Assembly (NCBI GenBank): GCA_963706475.1
Contig: CAVPLV010000001.1
Location: forward strand, 145,129-209,128
DNA from: an uncultured Actinomycetota bacterium
GTDB lineage: Bacteria > Actinomycetota > Actinomycetes > Propionibacteriales > Nocardioidaceae
Direction of reading: 5' to 3'
DNA length: 64,000 nt
In this document: positions 1 through 8,427 of the stretch, piece after piece
Layout of the letters: each line of letters begins with the position of its first letter
Position numbering within the stretch: position 1 is the stretch's first letter
Position numbers and translations under genes: made by a program
Notes under the pieces: generated by a model
Databases searched by the model: none
What the model was told of the DNA's origin: nothing
The model's input: only the letters and a program-made list of their open reading frames with translations

Positions 1-328
1 TGAGGGCCAGCGCGACGGGCAGTGGCCAGACGCCCAGCCATCCCCACCACGGAGTCGAGTCGGCGGCAGCCGTGTGTCCGATCTGGCGGCCGAGGAACAT
101 GACCCCTTCGACGACGCCAGCGACCATGAACAGGATGCCCTCGCGGTGCCCGGGACGTTGGAACAGCACGTAGGCGCCCACGATCGTGAGTGCCAGCGCC
201 AGCAACCCGTTGTGCAGGTTGGCGAGCCAGAGCCCTCGCGCCAGACCGAAGGCGACCATCATCACGACGAGGCTGACCAGCAGGAGCGGCACCAGTCCGC
301 GCAGTCCCCTCGGGTCCGAACGGCTCAC
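1..328 (-). CDS. Multi-pass membrane protein, probably the N-terminal sensor region of a histidine kinase (runs off window start)
   Basis: Manual translation from GTG at 328: MSRSDPRGLRGLVPLLLVSLVVMMVAFGLARGLWLANLHNGLLALALTIVGAYVLFQRPGHREGILFM...WWGWLGVWPLPVALAL, open to the window edge; not in the ORF track; kinase identity is inferred from similarity to actinobacterial sensor N-termini. Confidence 0.6.
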   Translation of the reverse strand, partial: MSRSDPRGLRGLVPLLLVSLVVMMVAFGLARGLWLANLHNGLLALALTIVGAYVLFQRPGHREGILFMVAGVVEGVMFLGRQIGHTAAADSTPWWGWLGVWPLPVALAL

Positions 329-361
329 CCATTCATGGTGGCACGCTCGCGCGTCGCGCGG

Positions 362-400
362 TCCAGGGTTTTCCCTGATTGTCGGCTCCAGGGTTCTCCC
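362..400. promoter_or_regulatory. Direct repeat TCCAGGGTT(T/C)TCCC, candidate NarL/LuxR-type response regulator operator
   Basis: tccagggttttccc (362-375) and tccagggttctccc (387-400), 25 bp apart, in a divergent intergenic region; the first copy includes CAGGG-N4-CCCTG. Confidence 0.45.
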
Positions 401-462
401 CGGCGCGAACGGGGTGACGAACCGTCGAGAGTTCGAGGCACCGCCAACGACAAGGGGACACC

Positions 463-1029
463 ATGACCGCCACCTCCGCGACCGTCAGCCACCCCAGCGA
501 CGTGACCACACCGACCGACCGGTTGCTGACCGGTGCGCTGCTGGTCGCCCCGCTCATCTACCTCGCCGCAGACACGACCTACGCCGCCCGCGGCTGGGAC
601 GACGCCACCGGAGGAGTGCTTCACGTCCTCGGCGCCATCGGGTACGGCTTCGTCGTCCTGCGCGTCGCGGCGTGGCTTCCGTCCGTCTCCAGGCTCGCGG
701 CCTGGATCCTGCTGACCGGGCTGATCGGCATGGTCGGCAACGCCGCCTACGGCTTCGAGGCGATCCACATGTCGCTCGGCGACACCCAGCTCGTGGACCA
801 GCCCGGTGCCGCTAACCTGATCAAGCCGCTGGGCCTGTTCTTCCCGCTGTCGTTCGCGCTGATCGGATGGGCGCTGATCGGACTGGGCCACCGCTGGCAG
901 GGTGTCCTGGCGCTGGTCGCGGTCCTGACCTGGCCCGTCGCCCACATCGGCAACCTCGGGGTGGTCGCAGTGACCGTGGACATCGCTCTGGTCATCGCGC
1001 TCGGCAGCCTCGTCTGGGCACGGTCCTGA
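463..1029 (+). CDS. Hypothetical integral membrane protein
   Basis: 188 aa, several hydrophobic segments, RBS aagggga upstream, GC3-rich codons. Confidence 0.8.
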   Translation: MTATSATVSHPSDVTTPTDRLLTGALLVAPLIYLAADTTYAARGWDDATGGVLHVLGAIGYGFVVLRVAAWLPSVSRLAAWILLTGLIGMVGNAAYGFEAIHMSLGDTQLVDQPGAANLIKPLGLFFPLSFALIGWALIGLGHRWQGVLALVAVLTWPVAHIGNLGVVAVTVDIALVIALGSLVWARS

Positions 1030-1067
1030 ACCACGCCGCGACCCACGTGAGGCTCAGACCCGAAATG

Positions 1068-1127
1068 TGATGGACGCCGCCCTCGGTCCGGTTGCGGACT
1101 CCTTGCGGACCGAGGAGGCGTCCATCA
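1068..1127. terminator. Long hairpin between convergent genes, probable bidirectional terminator
   Basis: tgatggacgcc..cctcggtccg / cggaccgagg..ggcgtccatca inverted arms. Confidence 0.65.
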
Positions 1128-1161
1128 GATGAAGCTGCAGGGCAGAGACCTGCGAGACGGC

Positions 1162-1563
1162 TCAGGCCTTCTTGGTCTCCCAGAAGATCTCGGCGATCTC
1201 GTCGATCTTGGCAAGCAGCTCGTCAGCCTTGGCGGCGTCGAGCCCACCCTTGGTGCCGCCGGCACCGGCCAGCTTGGTGGCCTCGTTCACGAGGGTGTGC
1301 AGCTGCGGGTACTTCTCGAAGTGCGGGGGCTTGAAGTAGTCGGTCCACAGGACCCAGAGGTGGTGCTTGACCAGCTCGGACCGCTCCTCCTTGATCAGGA
1401 TGGCGCGGGTGCGGAAGTCGGGGTCGTCGTTGTCCGCCACCTTCGCGATGACGGCCTTGATGGACTCGGCCTCGATGCGTGCCTGGGCCGGGTCGTAGAC
1501 ACCGCAGGGCAGGTCGCAGTGGGCGGAAACCTCGAGGGTGGGGGCGAACAGTCGCGCGAACAT
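1162..1563 (-). CDS. sodN: Nickel superoxide dismutase precursor
   Basis: Ni-hook HCDLPCGVYDP after a short propeptide; KHHLWVLWTDYFKP; ends IFWETK. Confidence 0.98.
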   Translation of the reverse strand: MFARLFAPTLEVSAHCDLPCGVYDPAQARIEAESIKAVIAKVADNDDPDFRTRAILIKEERSELVKHHLWVLWTDYFKPPHFEKYPQLHTLVNEATKLAGAGGTKGGLDAAKADELLAKIDEIAEIFWETKKA

Positions 1564-1645
1564 GCGGGTCCTCTCGTCTTCGTCTTCGGTTGTCGTTCGT
1601 CGTGCGACTGCGAGACTACTCCGCGTGTCCGGTGCTGCACGAGAC

Positions 1646-1981
1646 GTGTCTTCAGACGAGAAACGGGTACCCCGGTGGGGCTTCGCCCGGGTGCGGGGTC
1701 GCTCGATGCGGCCGACCCTCGCCGAGGGCGACCGGTTGCTGGTCTCCTACCGGCGCGAGGTGCGTCCCGGGGCCGTGGTCGTGGCCCGGCTGGCCGATGG
1801 CACGGTCGCGGTCAAACGCGCTGCGGAACGGCGTACGACGTCCTCGGGCGAGCCGGGCTGGTGGCTGCTGAGCGACGACCCGGACGAAGGGGTCGACTCC
1901 CGGCACCGGGGCCCGGTGCGCGACCAGGACGTGATCGCGATCACGATCTTGAGGGTCTGGCCACATCCCCGAAGGTTCTGA
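1646..1981 (+). CDS. sodX: Nickel-SOD maturation protease (S26 family)
   Basis: VRGRSMRPTLAEGDRLLV, VKR, DSRHRGPV motifs; divergent from sodN; GTG start at 1646 chosen within ORF 1538..1981. Confidence 0.9.
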   Translation: MSSDEKRVPRWGFARVRGRSMRPTLAEGDRLLVSYRREVRPGAVVVARLADGTVAVKRAAERRTTSSGEPGWWLLSDDPDEGVDSRHRGPVRDQDVIAITILRVWPHPRRF

Positions 1982-2118
1982 GGCTGTGCCAAACTGACCG
2001 CGGGGAGACCCCCCGGAGGTCCGCAGGTTCCACGCACCACCCGCGCGTGTCGAGCCCGGTGCCGCCCCTTTCTCCGTCCGTACCGTTCGTCCGCCCCACC
2101 GGAAGTCTGGATCAGGTC

Positions 2119-3312
2119 ATGGCTGCAAATGAGTCCGAGTCGACGTCGCACCCCCACGCGGGTGATCCCGTCTTCGACCTCCACGTCGGCGGCAAGATGG
2201 AGATCCGCTCGACCGTCGCGCTCGACGGTCGGGACGATCTCTCCCTCGCCTACACCCCGGGCGTCGCCCGGGTCTGCGAGGCGATCGCCGCAGACCCGTC
2301 GCTCACCCAGCACTACACGTGGGTGCCCAACACCGTCGCCGTCGTCAGTGACGGCACCGCCGTCCTCGGCCTCGGCGACATCGGCCCGTCCGCGGCGATG
2401 CCGGTGATGGAGGGCAAGGCCGTGCTGTTCAAGCAGTTCGGCGGTGTCGACGCCATCCCGATCTGCCTGGACACCACCGACGTCGAGGAGATCATCGAGA
2501 CCGTCGCCCGGCTCGCGCCGAGCTTCGGCGGGATCAACCTCGAGGACATCTCCGCGCCGCGCTGCTTCGAGATCGAGGACCGGCTCAAGGCGCTGCTCGA
2601 CATCCCGGTCTTCCACGACGACCAGCACGGCACCGCCGTGGTCGCGCTGGCGGCGCTCACCAACGCCCTGAAGCTGACCGGCCGCAACCCCGAGTCGACC
2701 CGCGTGGTCATCTCGGGGGCCGGTGCGGCCGGTGTCGCGGTCGCCAAGATCCTGCTCGAGGCCGGCATCAAGGACCTCGCGGTCACCGACCGCAAGGGCG
2801 TCCTGCACTCCTCGCGCGGCGACCTGACCCCGGTCAAGCGGGCCCTTGCCGTGCTCACCGCCGACCTGACCGGTCGCACCGGCACCCTCGAGCACGTCCT
2901 GGACGGCGCCGACGTCTACATCGGTGTCTCCGGCGGCACCGTGCCGGAGCAGTACGTCGCCACGATGGCCCCGGACGCGATCATCTTCGGCCTCGCCAAC
3001 CCGACGCCCGAGGTGCACCCCGACGTCGCGCACCGGCACGCCCGCGTGGTGGCCACCGGGCGCTCGGACTTCCCCAACCAGATCAACAACGTGCTGGCCT
3101 TCCCCGGAATCTTCCGGGGGGCCTTCGACGCCCACGCGACCGGGATCACCGAGGGCATGAAGCTCGCGGCGGCCACCGCCATCGCCGAGCTGGTCGGCGA
3201 CGACCTGGCCGAGGACCTGATCATCCCCTCGCCGTTCGACCCACGGGTCGGCCCGGCCGTCGCGGCAGCGGTCTCGGCCGCGGCCAGGGCGGACGGCGTC
3301 GCCCGCCGCTGA
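2119..3312 (+). CDS. NAD(P)-dependent malic enzyme
   Basis: LSLAYTPGVA, DGTAVLGLGDIG, EGKAVLFK, INLEDISAPRCF, FHDDQHGTA, GAGAAG, NQINNVLAFPG. Confidence 0.95.
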   Translation: MAANESESTSHPHAGDPVFDLHVGGKMEIRSTVALDGRDDLSLAYTPGVARVCEAIAADPSLTQHYTWVPNTVAVVSDGTAVLGLGDIGPSAAMPVMEGKAVLFKQFGGVDAIPICLDTTDVEEIIETVARLAPSFGGINLEDISAPRCFEIEDRLKALLDIPVFHDDQHGTAVVALAALTNALKLTGRNPESTRVVISGAGAAGVAVAKILLEAGIKDLAVTDRKGVLHSSRGDLTPVKRALAVLTADLTGRTGTLEHVLDGADVYIGVSGGTVPEQYVATMAPDAIIFGLANPTPEVHPDVAHRHARVVATGRSDFPNQINNVLAFPGIFRGAFDAHATGITEGMKLAAATAIAELVGDDLAEDLIIPSPFDPRVGPAVAAAVSAAARADGVARR

Positions 3313-3319
3313 CCACCGC

Positions 3320-3593
3320 GGCCTCGTTGGTCGAGTAGCCGCCAAGGGATGAGGTGGCGTATCGCGACCGGGTGGAGGGTCTCGATACGCTCGCTGGCGC
3401 TCGCTACTCGACCACCGAGAGGCCGGCGCTCGCTACTCGACCACCGAGAGGCCGGCGCTCGCTACTCGACCACCGAGAGGCCGGCGCTCGCTACTCGACC
3501 ACCGAGAGGCCGGCGCTCGCTACTCGACCACCGAGAGGCCGGCGCTCCTACTCGACCACCGAGAGGCCGGCGCTCGCTACTCGACCACCGAGA
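3320..3593. repeat. REP/BIME-like palindromic element followed by 7 tandem 29-bp units
   Basis: Arm gttggtcgagtagccgcc...gtggcgtatcgcgacc (3326-3369), short linker, inverted arm ggtctcgatacgctcgctggcgctcgctactcgacc (from 3378); unit ggcgctcgctactcgaccaccgagaggcc repeats at 3396, 3425, 3454, 3483, 3512, 3541 (1-bp deletion) and 3569 (partial). Confidence 0.9.
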
Positions 3594-3630
3594 CGGCTGG
3601 TGCCTGGTCGCGCCCGGCTAGGGTCGACAC

Positions 3631-4599
3631 ATGTTCGCCGTCTACGCCGACCGATTCTCCAGCGACGACCCGCTCTCCGCCCTGCAGGTGGGCGAGCGAC
3701 CCGATCCCGAGGTCCCCGACGGGTGGACCACCGTGACGGTCAAGGCCGCCTCGCTGAACCACCACGACCTCTTCTCGCTGCGCGGCGTGGGCCTGCGCGA
3801 GGAGGCGCTCCCGATGATTCTCGGCTGCGACGCGGCCGGCCTCGACGAGGACGGCAACGAGGTCGTCGTGCACGCGGTCATCAGCGACCCGGCCTGGAAG
3901 GGCGACGAGACCTTCGACCCGAAGCGCTCGCTGCTCTCGGAGCGGCACCAGGGCACCTTCGCCGACAAGGTCGCCGTACCCCGCGCCAACGTGGTGCCCA
4001 AGCCGGCCTCGCTGTCCTTCGAGGAGGCTGCCTGCCTGCCGACCGCGTGGCTCACGGCCTACCGGATGCTCTTCACCCGCGGTGAGCTCAAGGCCGGCGA
4101 GACGGTGCTGGTGCAGGGTGCCGGTGGCGGCGTCGCGACCGCGGTCATCACGCTCGCTCGCGCCGCCGGGCTGCGGGTGCTGGCCACCAGCCGTGACGAG
4201 GCCAAGCGGGCGCGCGCGCTCGAGATCGGTGCGCACGACGTCTTCGAGTCCGGAGCCCGGCTGCCGGTGAAGGTCGACGCGGTCATGGAGACGGTCGGCA
4301 AGGCGACCTGGTCGCACTCGATCCGGGCGCTGCGCCCCGGTGGCCGGATCGTCACCTCGGGCACCACGTCAGGCCCCGACCTCGCCGACGCCGAGCTGAC
4401 CCGGATCTTCTTCCTGCAGCTGAGCGTGATCGGCTCGACGATGGGCACCCGGGCCGAGCTCGCCTCGCTGGTCTCGCTGCTGGACGCCTCGGGCGCCCGG
4501 CCGCTGATCGACCGGACCATCCCGATGACCGACGCGGCCGACGGGTTCGCCGCGATGCTCGGAGGCGAGCAGTTCGGCAAGATCGTCTTCACCCGCTGA
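3631..4599 (+). CDS. MDR-family zinc-binding dehydrogenase / quinone oxidoreductase-like
   Basis: AASLNHHDL, ILGCDAAG, VLVQGAGGGVAT, GSTMG, FGKIV. Confidence 0.9.
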   Translation: MFAVYADRFSSDDPLSALQVGERPDPEVPDGWTTVTVKAASLNHHDLFSLRGVGLREEALPMILGCDAAGLDEDGNEVVVHAVISDPAWKGDETFDPKRSLLSERHQGTFADKVAVPRANVVPKPASLSFEEAACLPTAWLTAYRMLFTRGELKAGETVLVQGAGGGVATAVITLARAAGLRVLATSRDEAKRARALEIGAHDVFESGARLPVKVDAVMETVGKATWSHSIRALRPGGRIVTSGTTSGPDLADAELTRIFFLQLSVIGSTMGTRAELASLVSLLDASGARPLIDRTIPMTDAADGFAAMLGGEQFGKIVFTR

Positions 4600-5273
4600 T
4601 GGCCGTCCATCTCGTCACGGGTGGCGGCTCGGGGATCGGCTCCGAGCTGGCTCATCGGCTCCTCGAGCGCGGTGACGACCTGGTGCTGCTGGCCCGCTCG
4701 ACCGAGCGGGCGCACGACCTGCGCGAGGAGCTGCCGGGATCGACGGTGCTGGTCGCCGACCTCGCGGACCCGGCGTCCCTCGACGGACTCGAGCTGCCCG
4801 ACGAGCTCGACTCGGTCGTGCACGGGGCCGGAGTCGTCGAGCTCGGCCCGGTCGCCGAGCTGACGACCGCGAGCTGGCTCGAGCAGCTCACCGTCAACCT
4901 GGCGGCCCCTGCTGTCCTGACCCGGCTGGCGCTGCCCGCGCTGCGCCGACGCCGGGGCACGGTGGTGTTCGTGAACTCCGGCTCCGGTCTGCACGCACAT
5001 CCGGACTGGTCGGCGTACGCCGCCTCCAAACACGGCCTCAAGGCGCTCGCGGACGCGTTGCGCGGTGAGGAGGCCGGCAACGGCGTCCGGGTGAGCAGCG
5101 TCTACCCCGGCCGGACCGCCACCCCGATGCAGGAGCTCGTGCACCGCCAGGAGGGCAAGGCGTACGAGGCCGGCGACTGGATCCAGCCGTCGACCGTCGC
5201 CGAGGCGATCCTGCACGTGCTCGACCTGCCCAGCGATGCCACCATCTCCGACCTGACGGTCCGGCCGACCTGA
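4599..5273 (+). CDS. Short-chain dehydrogenase/reductase
   Basis: TGGGSGIG, YAASK, VSSVYPG; start overlaps the upstream stop (TGATG). Confidence 0.92.
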   Translation: MAVHLVTGGGSGIGSELAHRLLERGDDLVLLARSTERAHDLREELPGSTVLVADLADPASLDGLELPDELDSVVHGAGVVELGPVAELTTASWLEQLTVNLAAPAVLTRLALPALRRRRGTVVFVNSGSGLHAHPDWSAYAASKHGLKALADALRGEEAGNGVRVSSVYPGRTATPMQELVHRQEGKAYEAGDWIQPSTVAEAILHVLDLPSDATISDLTVRPT

Positions 5274-5279
5274 AACGGC

Positions 5280-7271
5280 TCAGCGCACCGGGCGGGTCGC
5301 CGCACTGGTGCGGGCCACGCCGACGTAGCCGTGCTTGCGACCGGTCACGACGACCCGGACCCGGTCACCACGGTCCTTCCGGCGGATCGTGAACGCCTTC
5401 GACGTCGCGCCCCGCACCGGCGAGCCGTCGACGAGCCAGCGGTAGGTGAGGACGACGCCGAGGTCCCAGCTCCCGGGCCTGGCGACCAGCCGCTTGCCGA
5501 CCTTCACGGTGCCGGAGATCCGCGGCCTCGGCGTCCGGGTCAGCTGCCCGGCGGCGACCACGGCGGTGGCGGCGCTGGTCCGGGTCGACGTGGCGGTCGC
5601 ACTGGTCCCGATGACCATCACCCGCAGCTTGGCACCACGATCGGTGGCGACCACGCGGTACGTCCGGCTGGTGGCGCCGGCGATCTTCTTGGTGCCGCGC
5701 AGCCACTGGTAGTCGAACCTCGTGCCCGACGGCCAGCCGGTCGTCAGGGCCGCCAGCTTCACCCCGACGGCTGGCCGCCCAAACACCCTCACACCGGGCC
5801 ACGCCGGCTTGTCGGCGTCGTAGAGCCAGTCCTGGAAGAACGCGGTCAGGTCCTGGCCGCTGAGCTCCTCGGCGAGCGCGATGAAGTCGGCGGTGCTCCG
5901 GCTGGTGCCGGAGTTGCGGGACAGCCACTGCGCCATCAGGGCGTTGAAGTCCCTGTTGCCGATCTCCGTGCTCAGCGCGGCCAGGGTCATCGCGCCGCGG
6001 CTGTAGACCTGCCAGCCGAAGATGTCGGCCGGGTCGGTCATCGCCGCCGGGGGGATGTCCCACAGGCCGGTGATGCCAGGGGTGGAGCTCCACATGTTGC
6101 GGAAGATGGCCTTGGGCGAACGTGTCGAGGCGCCGGTCTCGTAGTTGAACAGGGTCGGGACGTACGACGCCGGGCCCTCGTTGAGCCAGATGTCGTTCCA
6201 GTCCTTCGGAGCCACCGAGTCGCCGAACCACTGGTGGGTGAGCTCGTGGACGAGGGTGCCGCTGCTGACCCGGCCCTCGAAGTAGGGCCGGTCCTGCGTC
6301 TCGAGGGCATATCCGAGGCTGGTCACGTCGACGACGATCCCGGTGCTGTTGCCGGGGTAGGGGCCGTACTTCGTCTCCAGGAAGTCCAAGATGGTCTTCA
6401 GGCGAAGCCGTTGGACCTCGATGGCGGCCTTGTTGGTGCTCGAGATGCCGGAGTCGACGAAGCTCCACTCGGGGATGGTCCGGCCGCTGGCCAGACTGAT
6501 CTGGCCCTCGGTGACGTCGTAGTGACCGATCGAGATGAGCGATAGCTCGGAGGCCATCGGCTCGTCCTGGGTCCAGGTCCACGTGGTCCGGTCCCCGGCG
6601 ACGGTCCTCGAGGTCAGCTCGCCGTTGCTGACCGCGGACAGGGGCCCGCTCGAGTCGGTCGGGACGTCCAGGGCGATGGAGTACGTCGCCTTGTCGCTCG
6701 GTGTGTTGTTGTTGGGGAAGCCGGTCATCGAGCCGACCGGCTGGTTGACGAACGTCGCGCCGTCGCTGGTCGGGACCCAGCCCTCGGAGGAGTCGTCGGG
6801 ATCGACGTGGGTCACCGGCGTGCCCGAGTAGGTCACCACGGTGGTGAACTCGCCGCTCACCGGCTGCGCGGGCGTGACGATCAGCTTGTACTTGATCGCA
6901 GCCGCGTCGACGTCGCGCGCCCAGGTGGCCGGGGTGCCGTTGACGGTGATCGAGTCGACCGTCAGGCCCTCGAAGTCCAGGGAGTACGACGACAGCGGCG
7001 CGGGTGCTTCGGCGGTGATCGTGGTCGTCGCCTCGATGGTGTTGTCGACGTCCCACGCGAGGTCGATGTCGTAGTGACCGACGTCGTACCCGCCGTTGCC
7101 GACGTTCGGGAAGAGGCTGTCCCCTGACGTCGGTGCACCGACGACGGGCACGGTTGCCCGAGCGGAGGCAGGCAGCGCCGCGAGGAGCCCGACCGTGAGT
7201 CCGAGAGCCAGGCCCGCCCCGATCCGGGTCGACCAGCGCTGCGTCACTGTCCGGTGCTGTGTGGTCGTCAT
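5280..7271 (-). CDS. Secreted M1 family metallo-aminopeptidase with two C-terminal Ig-like repeats
   Basis: Signal peptide, GNGGYDVGHYD, ALETQ, HELTHQW...WLNEG, VYSRGA; C-terminal repeats YQWLR...IAGAT / YRWLVDG...GAT; start set at ATG 7271. Confidence 0.9.
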   Translation of the reverse strand: MTTTQHRTVTQRWSTRIGAGLALGLTVGLLAALPASARATVPVVGAPTSGDSLFPNVGNGGYDVGHYDIDLAWDVDNTIEATTTITAEAPAPLSSYSLDFEGLTVDSITVNGTPATWARDVDAAAIKYKLIVTPAQPVSGEFTTVVTYSGTPVTHVDPDDSSEGWVPTSDGATFVNQPVGSMTGFPNNNTPSDKATYSIALDVPTDSSGPLSAVSNGELTSRTVAGDRTTWTWTQDEPMASELSLISIGHYDVTEGQISLASGRTIPEWSFVDSGISSTNKAAIEVQRLRLKTILDFLETKYGPYPGNSTGIVVDVTSLGYALETQDRPYFEGRVSSGTLVHELTHQWFGDSVAPKDWNDIWLNEGPASYVPTLFNYETGASTRSPKAIFRNMWSSTPGITGLWDIPPAAMTDPADIFGWQVYSRGAMTLAALSTEIGNRDFNALMAQWLSRNSGTSRSTADFIALAEELSGQDLTAFFQDWLYDADKPAWPGVRVFGRPAVGVKLAALTTGWPSGTRFDYQWLRGTKKIAGATSRTYRVVATDRGAKLRVMVIGTSATATSTRTSAATAVVAAGQLTRTPRPRISGTVKVGKRLVARPGSWDLGVVLTYRWLVDGSPVRGATSKAFTIRRKDRGDRVRVVVTGRKHGYVGVARTSAATRPVR

Positions 7272-7303
7272 GCACGCCATCATGCCCCTTAGCCGATTCG
7301 AGG

Positions 7304-7705
7304 TCAGTCGATCAGCCGCCGAAGCTTCAGGGGCGAGCAGAACCGGTAGCTCTCGACGAGCAGCTCTCCGATCTCGACCCAGTCGGTGTCGTCGTCGAGC
7401 ACCACGCCGACGATCGTGGGCGACCACGGCGGCTGGTAGAAGGGCGGCCCGGCATGGGTGAGCGCGAGCAGCTCGTCCCCGGTCGAGCGGAAGGTCAGCA
7501 CGGTCGTCGGCTCGCGCACCCCGGTGATGTCGAAGTACGCCGACTCGTAGCCCTCCTGGGCGACCATCACGTGGGCGAAGGTCCGCTTCCGCACCCGCCA
7601 GCGGACTCCCGTCCAGGCGTCCTCCTCGTAGGCCTCGGGCAGCGGCGCGGCGAGAGCCCGCAGCCGGCGTACGACGTCCTCGGTGGGCTCTATCCTGCGG
7701 GCCAT
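7304..7705 (-). CDS. MmcQ/YjbR family protein
   Basis: LPEAYEEDAWTGVRWRVRKRTFAH, DTDWVEIGELLVESYR. Confidence 0.8.
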   Translation of the reverse strand: MARRIEPTEDVVRRLRALAAPLPEAYEEDAWTGVRWRVRKRTFAHVMVAQEGYESAYFDITGVREPTTVLTFRSTGDELLALTHAGPPFYQPPWSPTIVGVVLDDDTDWVEIGELLVESYRFCSPLKLRRLID

Positions 7706-7720
7706 CGACCGACCAGCGAC

Positions 7721-8362
7721 TCAGCCGAAGGCGAGCCTGAAGTCGGCCTGCCGGAAGGACGCGAGCTGGCGGGCGCCGTACAGCCAACCGAGCGGCCCGT
7801 CGGGTGCGAACTCCCAGTGACCCCGGCACGGGAACACCTTGGCCGAGCCCTGAAGGGTGGCGGTGCGCTCCGCACCGGCGGTGTCCTCGATGCCCGGCTG
7901 CCAGGTGCCGCCCTTGAACGGCACCCGGGGGATGGCCCGCGAGACGTCGGTGAACCGGGCGGAGGCGATCGGGCGGCGACCGAGCGTGGCCGTCCAGTCG
8001 GTGCTCGACAGCGGCCCACGGTGGCTCGACTCGAGGCTGAAGTCGCAGAGCCCCTTGGGGATCGCCCACAGCTCCCGGCCACCCGCCTCGGAGGCAGGGG
8101 AGTCGACCCAGATGTCGGTGATGGTGACCCGGCGGCCGTGGTCGTCGGTCGAGAGCGGGCGGGCGACGAGCAGCTCGGAGTAGGTCAGCGGGCTGCCGAG
8201 CTCGTAGCTGACGAAGGCCGCGCCGTAGATGCCGGCCGGGCGGAGGTCGTCGACCGGCTCGCGCAGCCGGAAGAGGGAGAGCCACATCTGGCCCACCATC
8301 CGCCACGGGGCAGGGGGATAGGCGACGGCGGCGGGATCGGCCTCGGGGAGCTGGTCGGACAT
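7721..8362 (-). CDS. Acetoacetate decarboxylase family protein
   Basis: YPPAPW, SPLTYSELLV, IWVDSPASEAGGRELWAIPK. Confidence 0.85.
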   Translation of the reverse strand: MSDQLPEADPAAVAYPPAPWRMVGQMWLSLFRLREPVDDLRPAGIYGAAFVSYELGSPLTYSELLVARPLSTDDHGRRVTITDIWVDSPASEAGGRELWAIPKGLCDFSLESSHRGPLSSTDWTATLGRRPIASARFTDVSRAIPRVPFKGGTWQPGIEDTAGAERTATLQGSAKVFPCRGHWEFAPDGPLGWLYGARQLASFRQADFRLAFG

Positions 8363-8427
8363 GCGGGTCATCCTGCCGCACCCCTGCCCCTGGGAGGAAG
8401 TGGCAGTGGACTGACAGGATCAGTTGC

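Noticed and set aside
1129-2118. 727-aa malic enzyme with a long N-terminal extension
   Set aside because: The extension is the antisense/alternate-frame shadow of sodN and sodX; the real start is ~2119.
3396-3593. CRISPR array (29-bp period)
   Set aside because: Units are head-to-tail with no unique spacers, and there are no cas genes.
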